Notes: generated from the sequence alone by a model not told the origin. Shown: positions 27,218 to 37,258, counted from the first letter of the stretch. The stretch: DNA of 64,000 nucleotides from Planctomycetota bacterium (GCA_965223265.1 OZ244999.1:3936001-4000000); one strand, 5' to 3'. Numbers and translations are program-made.

Positions 27218-30200
27218 CTCTCCGCCCCACCGCGCTGGTGACACAAGGATGAGCGGCCGGCACTCTCGGCCGCCAAAAACCGAGCCGTGGCGCTCGACGC
27301 CACTGTACCGATCTCCGTCGGCGGGCAGCTCGCGACGACCTCACCGCCTTCTTCTCCGGCGCCAGGGCCAAGATCGATCAGCCAGTCAGCAGATCTCAAG
27401 ACGTCAAGGTGGTGTTCGATAACAACGACCGTGTTCCCCTGATCGACCAGTCTCTGAAACACGTCCAGCAGCCGCGCCACGTCTTCCAAGTGCAGTCCAG
27501 TTGTTGGCTCATCGAGGATGTAGAGTACGTCCCCTGAGTTTCGGGCGGCGAGCTCCGTCGCGATTTTAACCCGCTGCGCCTCACCACCGGAGAGCATCTT
27601 CGCCGGCTGCCCCAGCCGTAGATAGCCCAAGCCAACGTCTTGGAGGCTCTGCAGAATCGACTGAATTCGCGGCTGATTTTCGAAGAACTCGAGTGCCTCG
27701 TCGACCTCCATGTCGAGGACATCTCCGACGGTCTTCCCCTTGAACTCAACTGAGAGCGTCTCGCTGTTGAAGCGTTTTCCGCGGCACGTTTCGCAAGGCA
27801 CCCAGATGTCCGAGAGAAAGTGCATTTCGACGAGTCGTGCGCCTTGACCGTCGCAGGCGCTGCACCGCCCCTCAGCGATGTTGAAACTGAATCGTCCCGG
27901 GCCGTAGCCTCGGACCTTGGAGGTCTGAAGCTGCGAGTAGAGCTCTCTGACATGGTCCCAAAGACCAGAGTACGTTGCGGCGTTCGAGCGCAGAGACCGC
28001 CCCAGCGGCCGTTGATCGACCTGGACAACACGGCGCAGCTGCTCGCCGCCCTCGACCTCGTCCACAACCCCATCAAGGGTGCCCAGAGACCGCGCCACCA
28101 ACCGCCGGGCGACGGGAGCAAGGACATCGAAAACGAGCGTCGACTTCCCCGATCCGGAGACACCGCTCACAGCCACGAGACGCTGCAGAGGCAAACTCAC
28201 TTCGACGTTCTTCAGGTTGCGGCGACGCACACCGCGTAGACGAATCCACTGCTCTGGCGACGAACGCTCGCGGAGACGAAACGCCTCCCGGCGGCCCGAA
28301 ATGAACGGCCCCGTCACCGAAGTTTCAGAAGTGACCAGGGCGTCTGGAGGTCCGTGGAAGGTCACCTCGCCACCGCCGCGCCCAGCGCCCGGGCCGAGCT
28401 CGATCACCAGATCGGCGGCGGCGATACAATCGCGGTCATGCTCGACGACGAGCACCGTGTTGCCAAGGTCGCGCAGTTGAAAAAGGGTCGTGATCAACCT
28501 CTCCGTGTCGGCTGGGTGGAGGCCAACGGTCGGCTCGTCCAACACGTAGATGACTCCTGCAAGTCGATGCCCGAGCTGTGACGCCAGGCGGATGCGCTGC
28601 GCTTCACCGCCCGAAAGCGTCCGCGCCTCGCGATCAAGGGTGATGTAGCCGAGACCGACGTCGACGAGAAACTCGAGACGATGCTGCAGCTCAGAGAGAA
28701 CCTGGTCGGCAACACTCGCTCGTACCGGAGTCAGCTCCAGTCGGCGCACGAACTCGAGGGCGTCCGCGATCGTCAACGCAGTGACGCCGTGCACATTGAG
28801 GCCGCCGAGCTGTACCGCCAGAATCTCCGGTCGCAGACGTCCGCCCCGACAAACCGAGCACGTTTCCTGATGAAAAAGATGCTGCAGCTTCGGTGCGTCG
28901 GCCCCGAGGGTCTCCAGCTGAGCGCCGCGCTCGAGACAGGACGCCAGGCCCTCCCACGCCACGTCGACTGTGACTCCGTTCTCCAGCGGCACCCTCACGA
29001 CCGGCACGTCGTCTCCAAAGAGAACCGCGCGTTTGTCTCCGTCGCCCCACTCGCGCAGTGGAGAGTCCTCGAGATGCCTCACCTTCAAGAGCTCCCGCAG
29101 CGCTTTCCAAACGGAAGGACGAGACGTGCGCAGGAACTCGAGAAACACAGGATCGGTGGCTTCCTGAAGCTTGTGACGGGGGTCGACGAAGAGCATTCCA
29201 ACGTCGACTCGATCTTCAAGGCCCAGCCCGCCGCAGCGCGTGCAAGCGCCCTGATGACTATTAAAAGAGAACATCCGCGGCGACAGTTCCGCGGTAAGCG
29301 AAAACCCGCAACGCGAACAACTCGGCCGCCGGAAATAGCGTTCGATCTCCTCGCCGGCGACCATGAGGCACGCCTCGCCGCTGCCCCAGCCGAACGCGGA
29401 CTCTAGCGACGCGGCCAATCGCGTCTGGTGTTTCACGTCGACGATCAAGCGATCGACGATCACGTGAACCTGCGATTCCGGTTCACCGTCCTCCGTCGTC
29501 TCGACCGCGTCGGCTCGTTCCCGCAGGAAAGACAAGAGTCGACGCACCGACACATCGCTTGCTTCATCCAGTCGCAGTTCCTCACCGATCCACAGACGCG
29601 TCAACCCGCCCTTAAGTAGCGACGAACAGAACGTCTCCACGTCACTCACCTGCGGGATCCCGCTGCGAGAGGGTGCCATCGGGATCGTTTGCGGTGCAAG
29701 TACGTAGAGTCGAGCACCGCCTCGGGTCGGGACGATCTCAGAGGCCAGTCGACTCGGCGTGGTCCAGTCGAGCGGCACTTCGCAGTGCGGACAGTGAGGC
29801 TCGCCAACGCGTGCGAACAGAATCCGCAAATAGTCATAGACCTCCGTTACGGTCGCCACGGTCGAACGGGGATTGCCACTCGAGTTGTGCTGATCAATCG
29901 CGATCGACGGGGCGAGACCTGACAGAGAGTCCACTGGCGGAGCAGGCGCTTGGCCGAGAAAGTGCCGCGCGTAGGTCGAAAGGCACTCGACGTATCTTCT
30001 TTGTCCTTCGGCAAAAATTGTGTCGATCGCGAGAGATGTCTTCCCCGAGCCCGACACGCCAGTGACGACGATCAGCTGGTCGTGGGGCAGATCGACGTCG
30101 ATGGCTTTGAGGTTGTGAAGGCGGCCACCACGCAGACAGATACTGCCTTGCCCGCCACCTGCGCGGCGACCATCATCATCCCGCGACACGCGGGGCTTCG

Positions 30201-33081
30201 CAGCTACTCGTCGCCCATCGCCCTCGCCGTCGCCAAAGAGTGTACGAAGAGCCGCGGCCGTGGGCGATTCACCCGCATGAGCGATCTCCTCGGGCGTCCC
30301 TTCGGCGACAAGCTCGCCACCCTCACCACCAGCCTCTGGGCCAAGATCGATCACATGATCGACGACCTTGATCACGTCGAGATTGTGCTCAATCACGATC
30401 GCTGTGTTGCCCCGGTCGACGAGATCTTGCAGTGCCTTGACCAGCTTGCTGATATCCTCGAAGTGGAGACCGACTGTCGGCTCGTCCAGGATATAGAGCG
30501 TGCGCCCAGTGTCGCGTCGACGCAGCTCAGCTGCCAGCTTGACGCGCTGAGCTTCGCCACCAGAGAGCGTCGTTGCCGGCTGCCCCAATGCAACGTAGCC
30601 GAGCCCAACTCGCTCGAGCTGCGAAATCGACCGGGCAATTTTCGGGTGATCAGAGAAAAACTCGTGCGCCTGAGAAACGGTCATCGACAAAACGTCGAAA
30701 ATCGTCTGCCCTCGGTAGCGAATCTCAAGCGTCTCACGGTTGTAGCGTCGGCCGCCGCAGACATCGCAAACGACCTCGACCGGAGCGAGAAACTGCATCT
30801 CGATGATCTTCACGCCGGCGCCTTCGCAGTCCAGGCATCGACCTTCACTCTTGTTGAAGCTGAACCGGCCCGGAGAGTAACCGCGCATGCGCGCCTCCGG
30901 AACCTTCGCAAAGAGGCTACGGATCTCGTCGAATGCCTTGACGTAGGTCGCAGGGTTCGAGCGCGGGCTTCTGCCGATCGGGCTCTGGTCGATGACCACC
31001 AGCTTGTCGATCTCTTGCGCTCCTTTGAGGCTTCGGAATGCTCCCGGCGCTGCATGTCGGTAGCCGAGATGTCGCCGCAGCGCTGGGTAGAGGACTTGGT
31101 TGATCAGCGAGCTCTTGCCGGAACCCGAGACGCCTGTGACGGCGACGAGACGTTCGAGAGGAAAGCGAACATCGATGTTCTTCAGGTTGTTGTGCTCGAC
31201 CCCATAGAGTTCGAGGAATCGTTCCGCCGCCCCGCGTCGCACGTCCGGAACCTCGATCGTTCGCCGTCGGCTAAGGTAGCTGCCGGTTAATGACTTCGGC
31301 TCGGCGATCAGGTCGTTCACCGTACCGGCGGCAACGATCTCACCGCCGAAGCGTCCGGCGCCAGGTCCGACGTCGATGAGGTAATCGGCCGTCTCCATCG
31401 TGTCGGCATCGTGCTCAACGACGACGACGGTGTTGTCCTGATCTCGCAGATGGCGAAGTGTCTCCAGCAGTCGAGCGTGGTCGCGGGTGTGGAGGCCGAT
31501 CGAAGGCTCATCGAGTACGTAAAGCACCCCGCGCAGTCCCGCGCCGACCTGGCTGGCGAGACGAATCCGTTGCCCCTCGCCGCCCGAGAGCGTCGCAGCA
31601 CTGCGTGAGAGGGACAAATAGCCAAGACCAACATGCTCGAGATACCGCAGCCGCGACAGCAGAGCAGCTTGAATCGGCTGCGCGACGGCCGCGTCAGACT
31701 GAGCGTCGAAACTGATCTCTTCGAGCCAAACCCGCAGCGCACCGACCGGCAAGGTCGAGAGCTCGTCGATCGTGCGCCCCTCGAGCACAACCGCACGCGC
31801 TGCGGCGCAAAGCCTTGAACCGCGGCAGTTGGGACACGTGACCTGCCGCACATAGGACTTAGCCCAAGCGCTGTCACGCGTGTCGATCACATCCTCGAGA
31901 GCGTGCATCCAGCCGCGAAAGTCACCCTCACCCCGCAGGACCGCGCGCTGCGCCTCCGGTGAAAGATCCGCCCAACTTGACTCCAACCCGAAACCATATT
32001 TTTCGCCGAGTGCGAGGAACCCCTCACCGTCCAGCTCCGAGTGTAAAAACTTGCCGCGCCGTGTGACAAAGTCGACGCCGCCGCGAACAAACGGCAGGTT
32101 CGGATTGGCAATTACGAGGTCGGGATCGACCGCATCCACCCACCCGAGTCCTTCGCAGAGATCGCACATACCGTGTGGTGAGTTGAACGAAAAGAGGCGA
32201 GGCTCCAGGCTCGGCTGTGCTGTTCGGCATCGAGGACACGATGCAAGACTGGAGAACGTGTCGAGCGCGCTCACATTCTTCTGTTCACTTCGACCGTGGG
32301 CGACACGCTCTTGGTCGGCTGAACCAGTCTCCCACGTCACTAGCTCAACGACTCCCGAGGCAATCTCCAGGCACTTCTCGATCGATTCAGTGAGTCGACT
32401 GCGCGCAGCGGGGGCGACGCGCAGGCGATCAAAAACAATGCTCACGTCACCCGTCGTGCCCTGCAGCGGCGAATGATTGTCGCTGTCCAGTCGTACGAGT
32501 TGACCATCGATGATGAGCCGTCGAAAACCGGCGCTCCGGAGCTCTTCGAGCTGACCTGCACGCAAGTCTGCGGACGTTCGACCCGGCGCTTCTGACACCG
32601 GCGCGCAGACCATCACACTCTCACCTTCGTACAGGCGCAGGATCTTCGAGGTGATCTCCTCCGCACTTCTCGTGTCGAGTGCGATTCCGCACTCTGCGCA
32701 GTGTGGCTGCCCCAACCGCGCGAAGAGCAAGCGCAAGTGGTCGTGGATCTCGGTCATCGTGCCGACCGTCGAGCGCGGATTGCGACTTATCGTCCTCTGG
32801 TCGATCGCAATCGCCGGTGACAAGCCTTCGATATGCTCTAGGTCTGGCTTGTCGACACCGCCGAGAAAACGACGGGCGTACGCCGGTAGCGATTCGAGAA
32901 AACGGCGCTGGCCTTCGCGAAATATGGAATCGAACGCCAGACTCGACTTCCCCGAACCACTGACACCGGTGATCACAGTCAGAGCGCTGCGCGGGATGTC
33001 CACGGAGACGTGTCGAAGGTTGTGCTCAGAACAGCCTCGGATCCGAATCCAGCTCGTCGTTCTCTTGCGCTGCTCGTTCAC
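27214..33081 (-). CDS. uvrA: Excinuclease ABC subunit A, double-length (two fused UvrA units)
   Basis: Four Walker A motifs (GVSGSGKS/T), four LSGGE.QR signatures, zinc fingers and two FSFNS motifs over 1955 aa. Confidence 0.97.
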   Translation of the reverse strand: MNEQRKRTTSWIRIRGCSEHNLRHVSVDIPRSALTVITGVSGSGKSSLAFDSIFREGQRRFLESLPAYARRFLGGVDKPDLEHIEGLSPAIAIDQRTISRNPRSTVGTMTEIHDHLRLLFARLGQPHCAECGIALDTRSAEEITSKILRLYEGESVMVCAPVSEAPGRTSADLRAGQLEELRSAGFRRLIIDGQLVRLDSDNHSPLQGTTGDVSIVFDRLRVAPAARSRLTESIEKCLEIASGVVELVTWETGSADQERVAHGRSEQKNVSALDTFSSLASCPRCRTAQPSLEPRLFSFNSPHGMCDLCEGLGWVDAVDPDLVIANPNLPFVRGGVDFVTRRGKFLHSELDGEGFLALGEKYGFGLESSWADLSPEAQRAVLRGEGDFRGWMHALEDVIDTRDSAWAKSYVRQVTCPNCRGSRLCAAARAVVLEGRTIDELSTLPVGALRVWLEEISFDAQSDAAVAQPIQAALLSRLRYLEHVGLGYLSLSRSAATLSGGEGQRIRLASQVGAGLRGVLYVLDEPSIGLHTRDHARLLETLRHLRDQDNTVVVVEHDADTMETADYLIDVGPGAGRFGGEIVAAGTVNDLIAEPKSLTGSYLSRRRTIEVPDVRRGAAERFLELYGVEHNNLKNIDVRFPLERLVAVTGVSGSGKSSLINQVLYPALRRHLGYRHAAPGAFRSLKGAQEIDKLVVIDQSPIGRSPRSNPATYVKAFDEIRSLFAKVPEARMRGYSPGRFSFNKSEGRCLDCEGAGVKIIEMQFLAPVEVVCDVCGGRRYNRETLEIRYRGQTIFDVLSMTVSQAHEFFSDHPKIARSISQLERVGLGYVALGQPATTLSGGEAQRVKLAAELRRRDTGRTLYILDEPTVGLHFEDISKLVKALQDLVDRGNTAIVIEHNLDVIKVVDHVIDLGPEAGGEGGELVAEGTPEEIAHAGESPTAAALRTLFGDGEGDGRRVAAKPRVSRDDDGRRAGGGQGSICLRGGRLHNLKAIDVDLPHDQLIVVTGVSGSGKTSLAIDTIFAEGQRRYVECLSTYARHFLGQAPAPPVDSLSGLAPSIAIDQHNSSGNPRSTVATVTEVYDYLRILFARVGEPHCPHCEVPLDWTTPSRLASEIVPTRGGARLYVLAPQTIPMAPSRSGIPQVSDVETFCSSLLKGGLTRLWIGEELRLDEASDVSVRRLLSFLRERADAVETTEDGEPESQVHVIVDRLIVDVKHQTRLAASLESAFGWGSGEACLMVAGEEIERYFRRPSCSRCGFSLTAELSPRMFSFNSHQGACTRCGGLGLEDRVDVGMLFVDPRHKLQEATDPVFLEFLRTSRPSVWKALRELLKVRHLEDSPLREWGDGDKRAVLFGDDVPVVRVPLENGVTVDVAWEGLASCLERGAQLETLGADAPKLQHLFHQETCSVCRGGRLRPEILAVQLGGLNVHGVTALTIADALEFVRRLELTPVRASVADQVLSELQHRLEFLVDVGLGYITLDREARTLSGGEAQRIRLASQLGHRLAGVIYVLDEPTVGLHPADTERLITTLFQLRDLGNTVLVVEHDRDCIAAADLVIELGPGAGRGGGEVTFHGPPDALVTSETSVTGPFISGRREAFRLRERSSPEQWIRLRGVRRRNLKNVEVSLPLQRLVAVSGVSGSGKSTLVFDVLAPVARRLVARSLGTLDGVVDEVEGGEQLRRVVQVDQRPLGRSLRSNAATYSGLWDHVRELYSQLQTSKVRGYGPGRFSFNIAEGRCSACDGQGARLVEMHFLSDIWVPCETCRGKRFNSETLSVEFKGKTVGDVLDMEVDEALEFFENQPRIQSILQSLQDVGLGYLRLGQPAKMLSGGEAQRVKIATELAARNSGDVLYILDEPTTGLHLEDVARLLDVFQRLVDQGNTVVVIEHHLDVLRSADWLIDLGPGAGEEGGEVVASCPPTEIGTVASSATARFLAAESAGRSSLCHQRGGAER

Positions 33082-33103
33082 ACTTCCTCGACTCTCAGCC
33101 CAC

Positions 33104-33206
33104 CGTGCGGGCCATCGTGCGGGCCATCGTGCGGGCCATCGTGCGGGCCATCGTGCGGGCCATCGTGCGGGCCATCGTGCGGGCCATCGTGTGGCCCATC
33201 GTGCGG
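33104..33206. repeat. Intergenic 12-bp tandem repeat (CGTGCGGGCCAT) x7 perfect + 1.5 degenerate
   Basis: Directly visible. It lies between ddl and the uvrA RBS. Confidence 0.97.
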
Positions 33207-33236
33207 CGCGCTCGCACGAGTCGCGTCCGACCCACC

Positions 33237-33265
33237 ATTCTATCGTCGAAAAAGCGCGATCTCAT
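33237..33265 (-). promoter_or_regulatory. Putative sigma70 promoter of uvrA
   Basis: ATGAGA-N17-TAGAAT on the minus strand, upstream of the tandem repeat. Confidence 0.45.
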
Positions 33266-34404
33266 CTTCTTGCGAACGATCCGGGACCAGTGCCGACGAC
33301 GCCTGGTACCGGTGCCGCGCGTTTCCATCCGGCCTCAACGACCGAAGCCAGCAAATCGCCGAGGTCGATCCCGGCCCGACGGGCGGCGAGCGGTACGAGG
33401 GACGTTTCGGTCAGTCCCGGGAGCGTATTCACTTCGAGGACTTCAAGCTCACCGTCAGGTGTCAGGAAAAGATCGGTACGCGATAGCGGCGAACAACGAA
33501 ACAGCCTGTGGACGCAGCGAGCCACGTCTTCTACGCGCCGACGCTCTGGTGCAGAAATCGGTGCGGGACAGATCTCATCCGTGGCGCCGGCGGTGTACTT
33601 TGAGGCGTAATCGAAGAAGTGGCTACGTCGAGGTCGAATCTCAATCGGCGGGAGAGCGCGGTCTTCATCACCGTCGTCGAGCACCGCGCAGCTCAGTTCA
33701 CGCCCCGCGATCGCGGTCTCAAACAAAACGTCCTCGCGGTGCGCGGCGTCGGGCCACGCGGCCAAAGCGGCGCCTGCGGACTCGACCAATTCCGCAGCGT
33801 TTTTCAGCCACGTCACGCCGACGCTGGAGCCGAGACGATTCGGCTTCATGACCCACGGGAATGGTACAGAGGCGTCGAACTCCGCCGCAAGGTCGCTCCA
33901 GGCGCGGCGCTGGAGCCGGTCGCCGAGCAGTCGTGCGGCGGGCACGGTAAACGAGCGCGGCGTTCGAATCCCGGCAGCTCGTAGGACTTCCTTCGTCAAC
34001 CGCTTGTCCATGGTGACCGCCGCCGCGGTCGTCTCCGGGCCAGTGAAGGGGATACCATGCAGCTGCAGAAAGCCCTGGATCGTTCCGTCTTCGCCGAGCG
34101 GGCCGTGCAGCGCGTTGAACACCATCACTGGCTCGCTGGTCAAGCGGCGTATCGCATCGTGCGCCATCACGGGTTCGACGTTGTCGAACCAGCGACCGTC
34201 GACGTCGAGCTCTTCACCCACGGTACCCGTTGGTACGCGCCATGAGCCGTCGGCGACCAACTCGACCGGCGTGACGCGGTATCGCGGGGCAAGATGCCTG
34301 ACGACGGTTCGTCCGCTCTGCAGCGACACGTCGCGCTCGCCCTCGGCTCCCCCCATCAGTACACAAAGACGCGGAGACGCTCCGCGCTCCTTGAAGTAAC
34401 TCAT
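33262..34404 (-). CDS. ddl: D-alanine--D-alanine ligase
   Basis: VLMGGAEGERDVSLQSG, FNALHGPLGEDGTIQG, MDK, KPNRLGSSVG, FFDYASKY, EVNTLPGLTETSL. Start ATG 34404. Confidence 0.95.
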   Translation of the reverse strand: MSYFKERGASPRLCVLMGGAEGERDVSLQSGRTVVRHLAPRYRVTPVELVADGSWRVPTGTVGEELDVDGRWFDNVEPVMAHDAIRRLTSEPVMVFNALHGPLGEDGTIQGFLQLHGIPFTGPETTAAAVTMDKRLTKEVLRAAGIRTPRSFTVPAARLLGDRLQRRAWSDLAAEFDASVPFPWVMKPNRLGSSVGVTWLKNAAELVESAGAALAAWPDAAHREDVLFETAIAGRELSCAVLDDGDEDRALPPIEIRPRRSHFFDYASKYTAGATDEICPAPISAPERRRVEDVARCVHRLFRCSPLSRTDLFLTPDGELEVLEVNTLPGLTETSLVPLAARRAGIDLGDLLASVVEAGWKRAAPVPGVVGTGPGSFARR

Positions 34405-34568
34405 CGCTTCTCTTCCTTCTTCTTCCTTTCCTCTTCTTCCTCGACCGCCGCTTGCCCGATCATGCCGAAAGCGTGCGCCGCGAAAGACGCCAGCCCCTCG
34501 GAAAAATCCCCTGGCGAGGGGCAGCAAGACGCCACATCACCACAGAGACGTTCACGCATCAACCGTCG

Positions 34569-35567
34569 TCAGCTTTTGCGCTGGACGACGAAATCACTGA
34601 TGGCGTGAAAGAGCTCGCGTTTCTCAGCGCTGATCGGCAGAGAGTCGACGAGATCGTGCGCTCGTGCAAGCAAGCGTTCGGCCTCCGCCTCCGCGAACGC
34701 CAGCGCGCCGACGCGGCGAAAGAAATCGATCGCCCAGACCACATCCTTGGCCTCTGTCTCATCCCTGGCACTCGCCATCACCCGGCGCAGTCGATCACGC
34801 TCCTCGTCGCTTCCAAGTTGCTGCTCAAGCACCTGAGCGTACAAGATGCTCGGTTTGCCCTCCTTCAGATCGCAGCCGACCTCTCCACCGCGGCCCTTGC
34901 CCTGCGTCAAGTCCAGCAAGTCGTCGCGAATCTGGAATGCCGGCCCAAGGCAGCGGCCAAGTTCCAGGAGGGTGTCTCTTGCCCCTGGGTCCGCGCCAGC
35001 GATCATCGCGCCGCCGACCCAAGGCAGGGCCAGGTAGAACGCAGTTTTGAGGTTGACGATCCGGTAGTAGGTCTGGAGATCGACATCCGCGCCGCGCAGA
35101 TTGATATCGAGAGCCTGCCCCTCGACGGTACGCTCAAATGTCTCTGTGAAAATCTGCACCAACTCGAGCTTCGTCGCCGCCTGGACGGGGCTTTTGAGGA
35201 TCAACTGGTAGGCTTTCGCGATGAGGAAATCCCCGACGTTGATCGCATTGGCGACACCGACCTCGGTCCAAAGGGTGGGACGGTCCCGCCGCATCGTGTC
35301 ACCGTCCTCGATATCGTCGTGAACGAGGAAGAAATTGTGCAGCGCCTCGGTCGCAAGTGCAAAGTGCAGAGCCTCTTGCGTCGACCCGCCGAACGCCTCA
35401 CAGGCGATCAGGCAAAGCGCAGGGCGGATCCGCTTGCCACCACTATCGAACTGGTACCAAACGCTGCCGGAGAGGTACGGCAGCTGTTCGGGAGGGAGCT
35501 CTGCAGCGAGGAGGCCCTCAATCTGCTCGGCGTGCTGCTGAAAAACTGCAGTGAGGTCTTGGCTCAT
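34569..35567 (-). CDS. Polyprenyl diphosphate synthase (GGPP synthase-like)
   Basis: GGKRIRP, FFLVHDDIEDGD..RR (FARM), GQALD, KTA, AFQIRDDLLD (SARM), DLKEGK. Confidence 0.95.
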   Translation of the reverse strand: MSQDLTAVFQQHAEQIEGLLAAELPPEQLPYLSGSVWYQFDSGGKRIRPALCLIACEAFGGSTQEALHFALATEALHNFFLVHDDIEDGDTMRRDRPTLWTEVGVANAINVGDFLIAKAYQLILKSPVQAATKLELVQIFTETFERTVEGQALDINLRGADVDLQTYYRIVNLKTAFYLALPWVGGAMIAGADPGARDTLLELGRCLGPAFQIRDDLLDLTQGKGRGGEVGCDLKEGKPSILYAQVLEQQLGSDEERDRLRRVMASARDETEAKDVVWAIDFFRRVGALAFAEAEAERLLARAHDLVDSLPISAEKRELFHAISDFVVQRKS

Positions 35568-35577
35568 GGCGACGCGC

Positions 35578-35650
35578 ATTGTAGGGGTCCGTGGGGCCGT
35601 GTCAATGTGAGCTTACCTGAGATTGACACCGTCCCGAAAACCCTTAGAAT
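35578..35650. promoter_or_regulatory. Back-to-back divergent sigma70 promoters
   Basis: Minus strand: TTGACA(35605-35600)-N16-TACAAT(35583-35578). Plus strand: TTGACA(35623-35628)-N16-TAGAAT(35645-35650). Confidence 0.75.
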
Positions 35651-35842
35651 GAAAGGCTAAAGTAAGATGACAGTTGATCAGCACGCCGGTACCCTTCACA
35701 TCATGGTTTTTCACCGCCGTGCACGCCCTAAAGCAAGGCCCCACATGGCCTAAAGCGCAGGCGCATTCGAGGTGCGTTGAATTGAGTGCGTTAGAATGGA
35801 CATGTAGATGTCGTTGACCGTGTTGGCGCGCTGAGCGTAGGA

Positions 35843-37258
35843 GTGGCTGAGCTAGAAGTGTCTGTGGCGGGGATTCCGGACAGGTCGCGTCCTAAGGAGA
35901 CGCCGTTGTTCAAACCGCGCGTACCATTTGAAGGCGGACGGGCAATACGGCTCTGTCTTTGTGCCCTGGTGTCGCTCGTCGCGTTCTCGGTAGCCGCTCC
36001 TTCCACGAGCGCCGAGCCGCCCACAGTTGGCGCACCGTCTTCGAGCGTCGGGCCAGCGCTCCTCCTCGGGGACGTTCACGCGGCCAACCGCGGCGGCGTC
36101 GACGCCGGCTCAATCGTCGAGATCCCGATCTACGGATTGCATCTGACAGGGCTCGACGGAGCGCTGTTGACCGTTGACTATGACGAGTTATTCCTGTCCG
36201 CGTCGGGTGTCGAAGCGTCGCCTGGTTGGGTGATCCACGACGTAGACTTGAGTTCCCCGAACAGTATCGTGGTGGACTTAAGAGCGACGTCACCGCTAAC
36301 CGGCGAGTCCACGGACGCGGCCACCGAGACGGTCTTGGCGCACCTTCAGTTCGTGACGCGAGAGATTCCGCAAGAGCTGCGCGAGGAGCAACGGGTTCGG
36401 GTCCCCATCAGGATCCGGCATGATCAACAAGCCCGCTCCTCCGTCTATCGACTCGTCGGCGGTGACGATGTCGAATCGGTTCTCACGGAGCGCGCCGACG
36501 GGCAGCTCATCCTCCACCTTGCGGACCACGTCGAACTCGGCTCGGCGCTTGTCAGTCCGACGGCTCAAACGTTCGAGCTACCGCTTCACGTGACGGCGCT
36601 CAACTCGCCGGACGTCGAGTGGATGCTACTGACGGTCGACTACGACGAGCTGTTCCTCACCGCTCTCGACCTCGACGACGTGCAGCCAGAAATCACAACC
36701 ACCGAAAATGTCCACACCGGCGAGGTGCACACGCGCGCCCACTACCGAATCCCCTTCGATGCAACGGAATCGCTACTGAATTCGCCGCTACTGGCGCTGC
36801 CGCTGCGCTACCACGGGGGCGCGGCGGAAGGATCAACCCTGTCGATGCGCGTCGAGGCAGTCTTTGGCACGGCGGATAGCGACGGCAATGACCAGACGGT
36901 CAGTGTCACGCAAAGCTACGCCTCCTCCGTGACGATAAGCTCTCCCGCGTTCATGCGCGGTAATGCGAACGCTAGCAACGAAGATCAGCCTCTTGACCTT
37001 GCGGACGCAACGTCGATCCTGCTCTTCGTATTCGGCGGACTCGATGATCTCGCGTGCCGAGCGGCCGCGGACTTCAACAGCGACGACTCGGTCGACGTCA
37101 GCGACGGCATTGCCTTGCTCAACTTCCTGTTCATGGCCGGCGCGCCTCCCGAGGCGCCTTACGAACGTCCAGGCTGGCTGAACACCGCCGGTGCCGACCA
37201 GGAACTAGGCTGCGACCAATCGCTACCGCTGTTTGAGGCGAACGCGCCGCCGGAGTAG
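35843..37258 (+). CDS. Secreted protein with two cohesin-like repeats and a C-terminal dockerin-like (paired EF-hand) domain
   Basis: Signal peptide. LLTVDYDELFL is repeated 154 aa apart in beta-sandwich context (VEIPIY / FELPLHV). C-terminus FMRGNAN..LDLADA..LF.GG...C.AAADFNSDDSVDVSDGIALLNFLF..G..P..P...LGC. Exact start uncertain. Confidence 0.8.
   Translation: MAELEVSVAGIPDRSRPKETPLFKPRVPFEGGRAIRLCLCALVSLVAFSVAAPSTSAEPPTVGAPSSSVGPALLLGDVHAANRGGVDAGSIVEIPIYGLHLTGLDGALLTVDYDELFLSASGVEASPGWVIHDVDLSSPNSIVVDLRATSPLTGESTDAATETVLAHLQFVTREIPQELREEQRVRVPIRIRHDQQARSSVYRLVGGDDVESVLTERADGQLILHLADHVELGSALVSPTAQTFELPLHVTALNSPDVEWMLLTVDYDELFLTALDLDDVQPEITTTENVHTGEVHTRAHYRIPFDATESLLNSPLLALPLRYHGGAAEGSTLSMRVEAVFGTADSDGNDQTVSVTQSYASSVTISSPAFMRGNANASNEDQPLDLADATSILLFVFGGLDDLACRAAADFNSDDSVDVSDGIALLNFLFMAGAPPEAPYERPGWLNTAGADQELGCDQSLPLFEANAPPE

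Noticed and set aside
33104-33206. Tandem array as a possible CRISPR
   Set aside because: The units are 12 bp and contiguous with no spacers, and there are no cas genes in the window.
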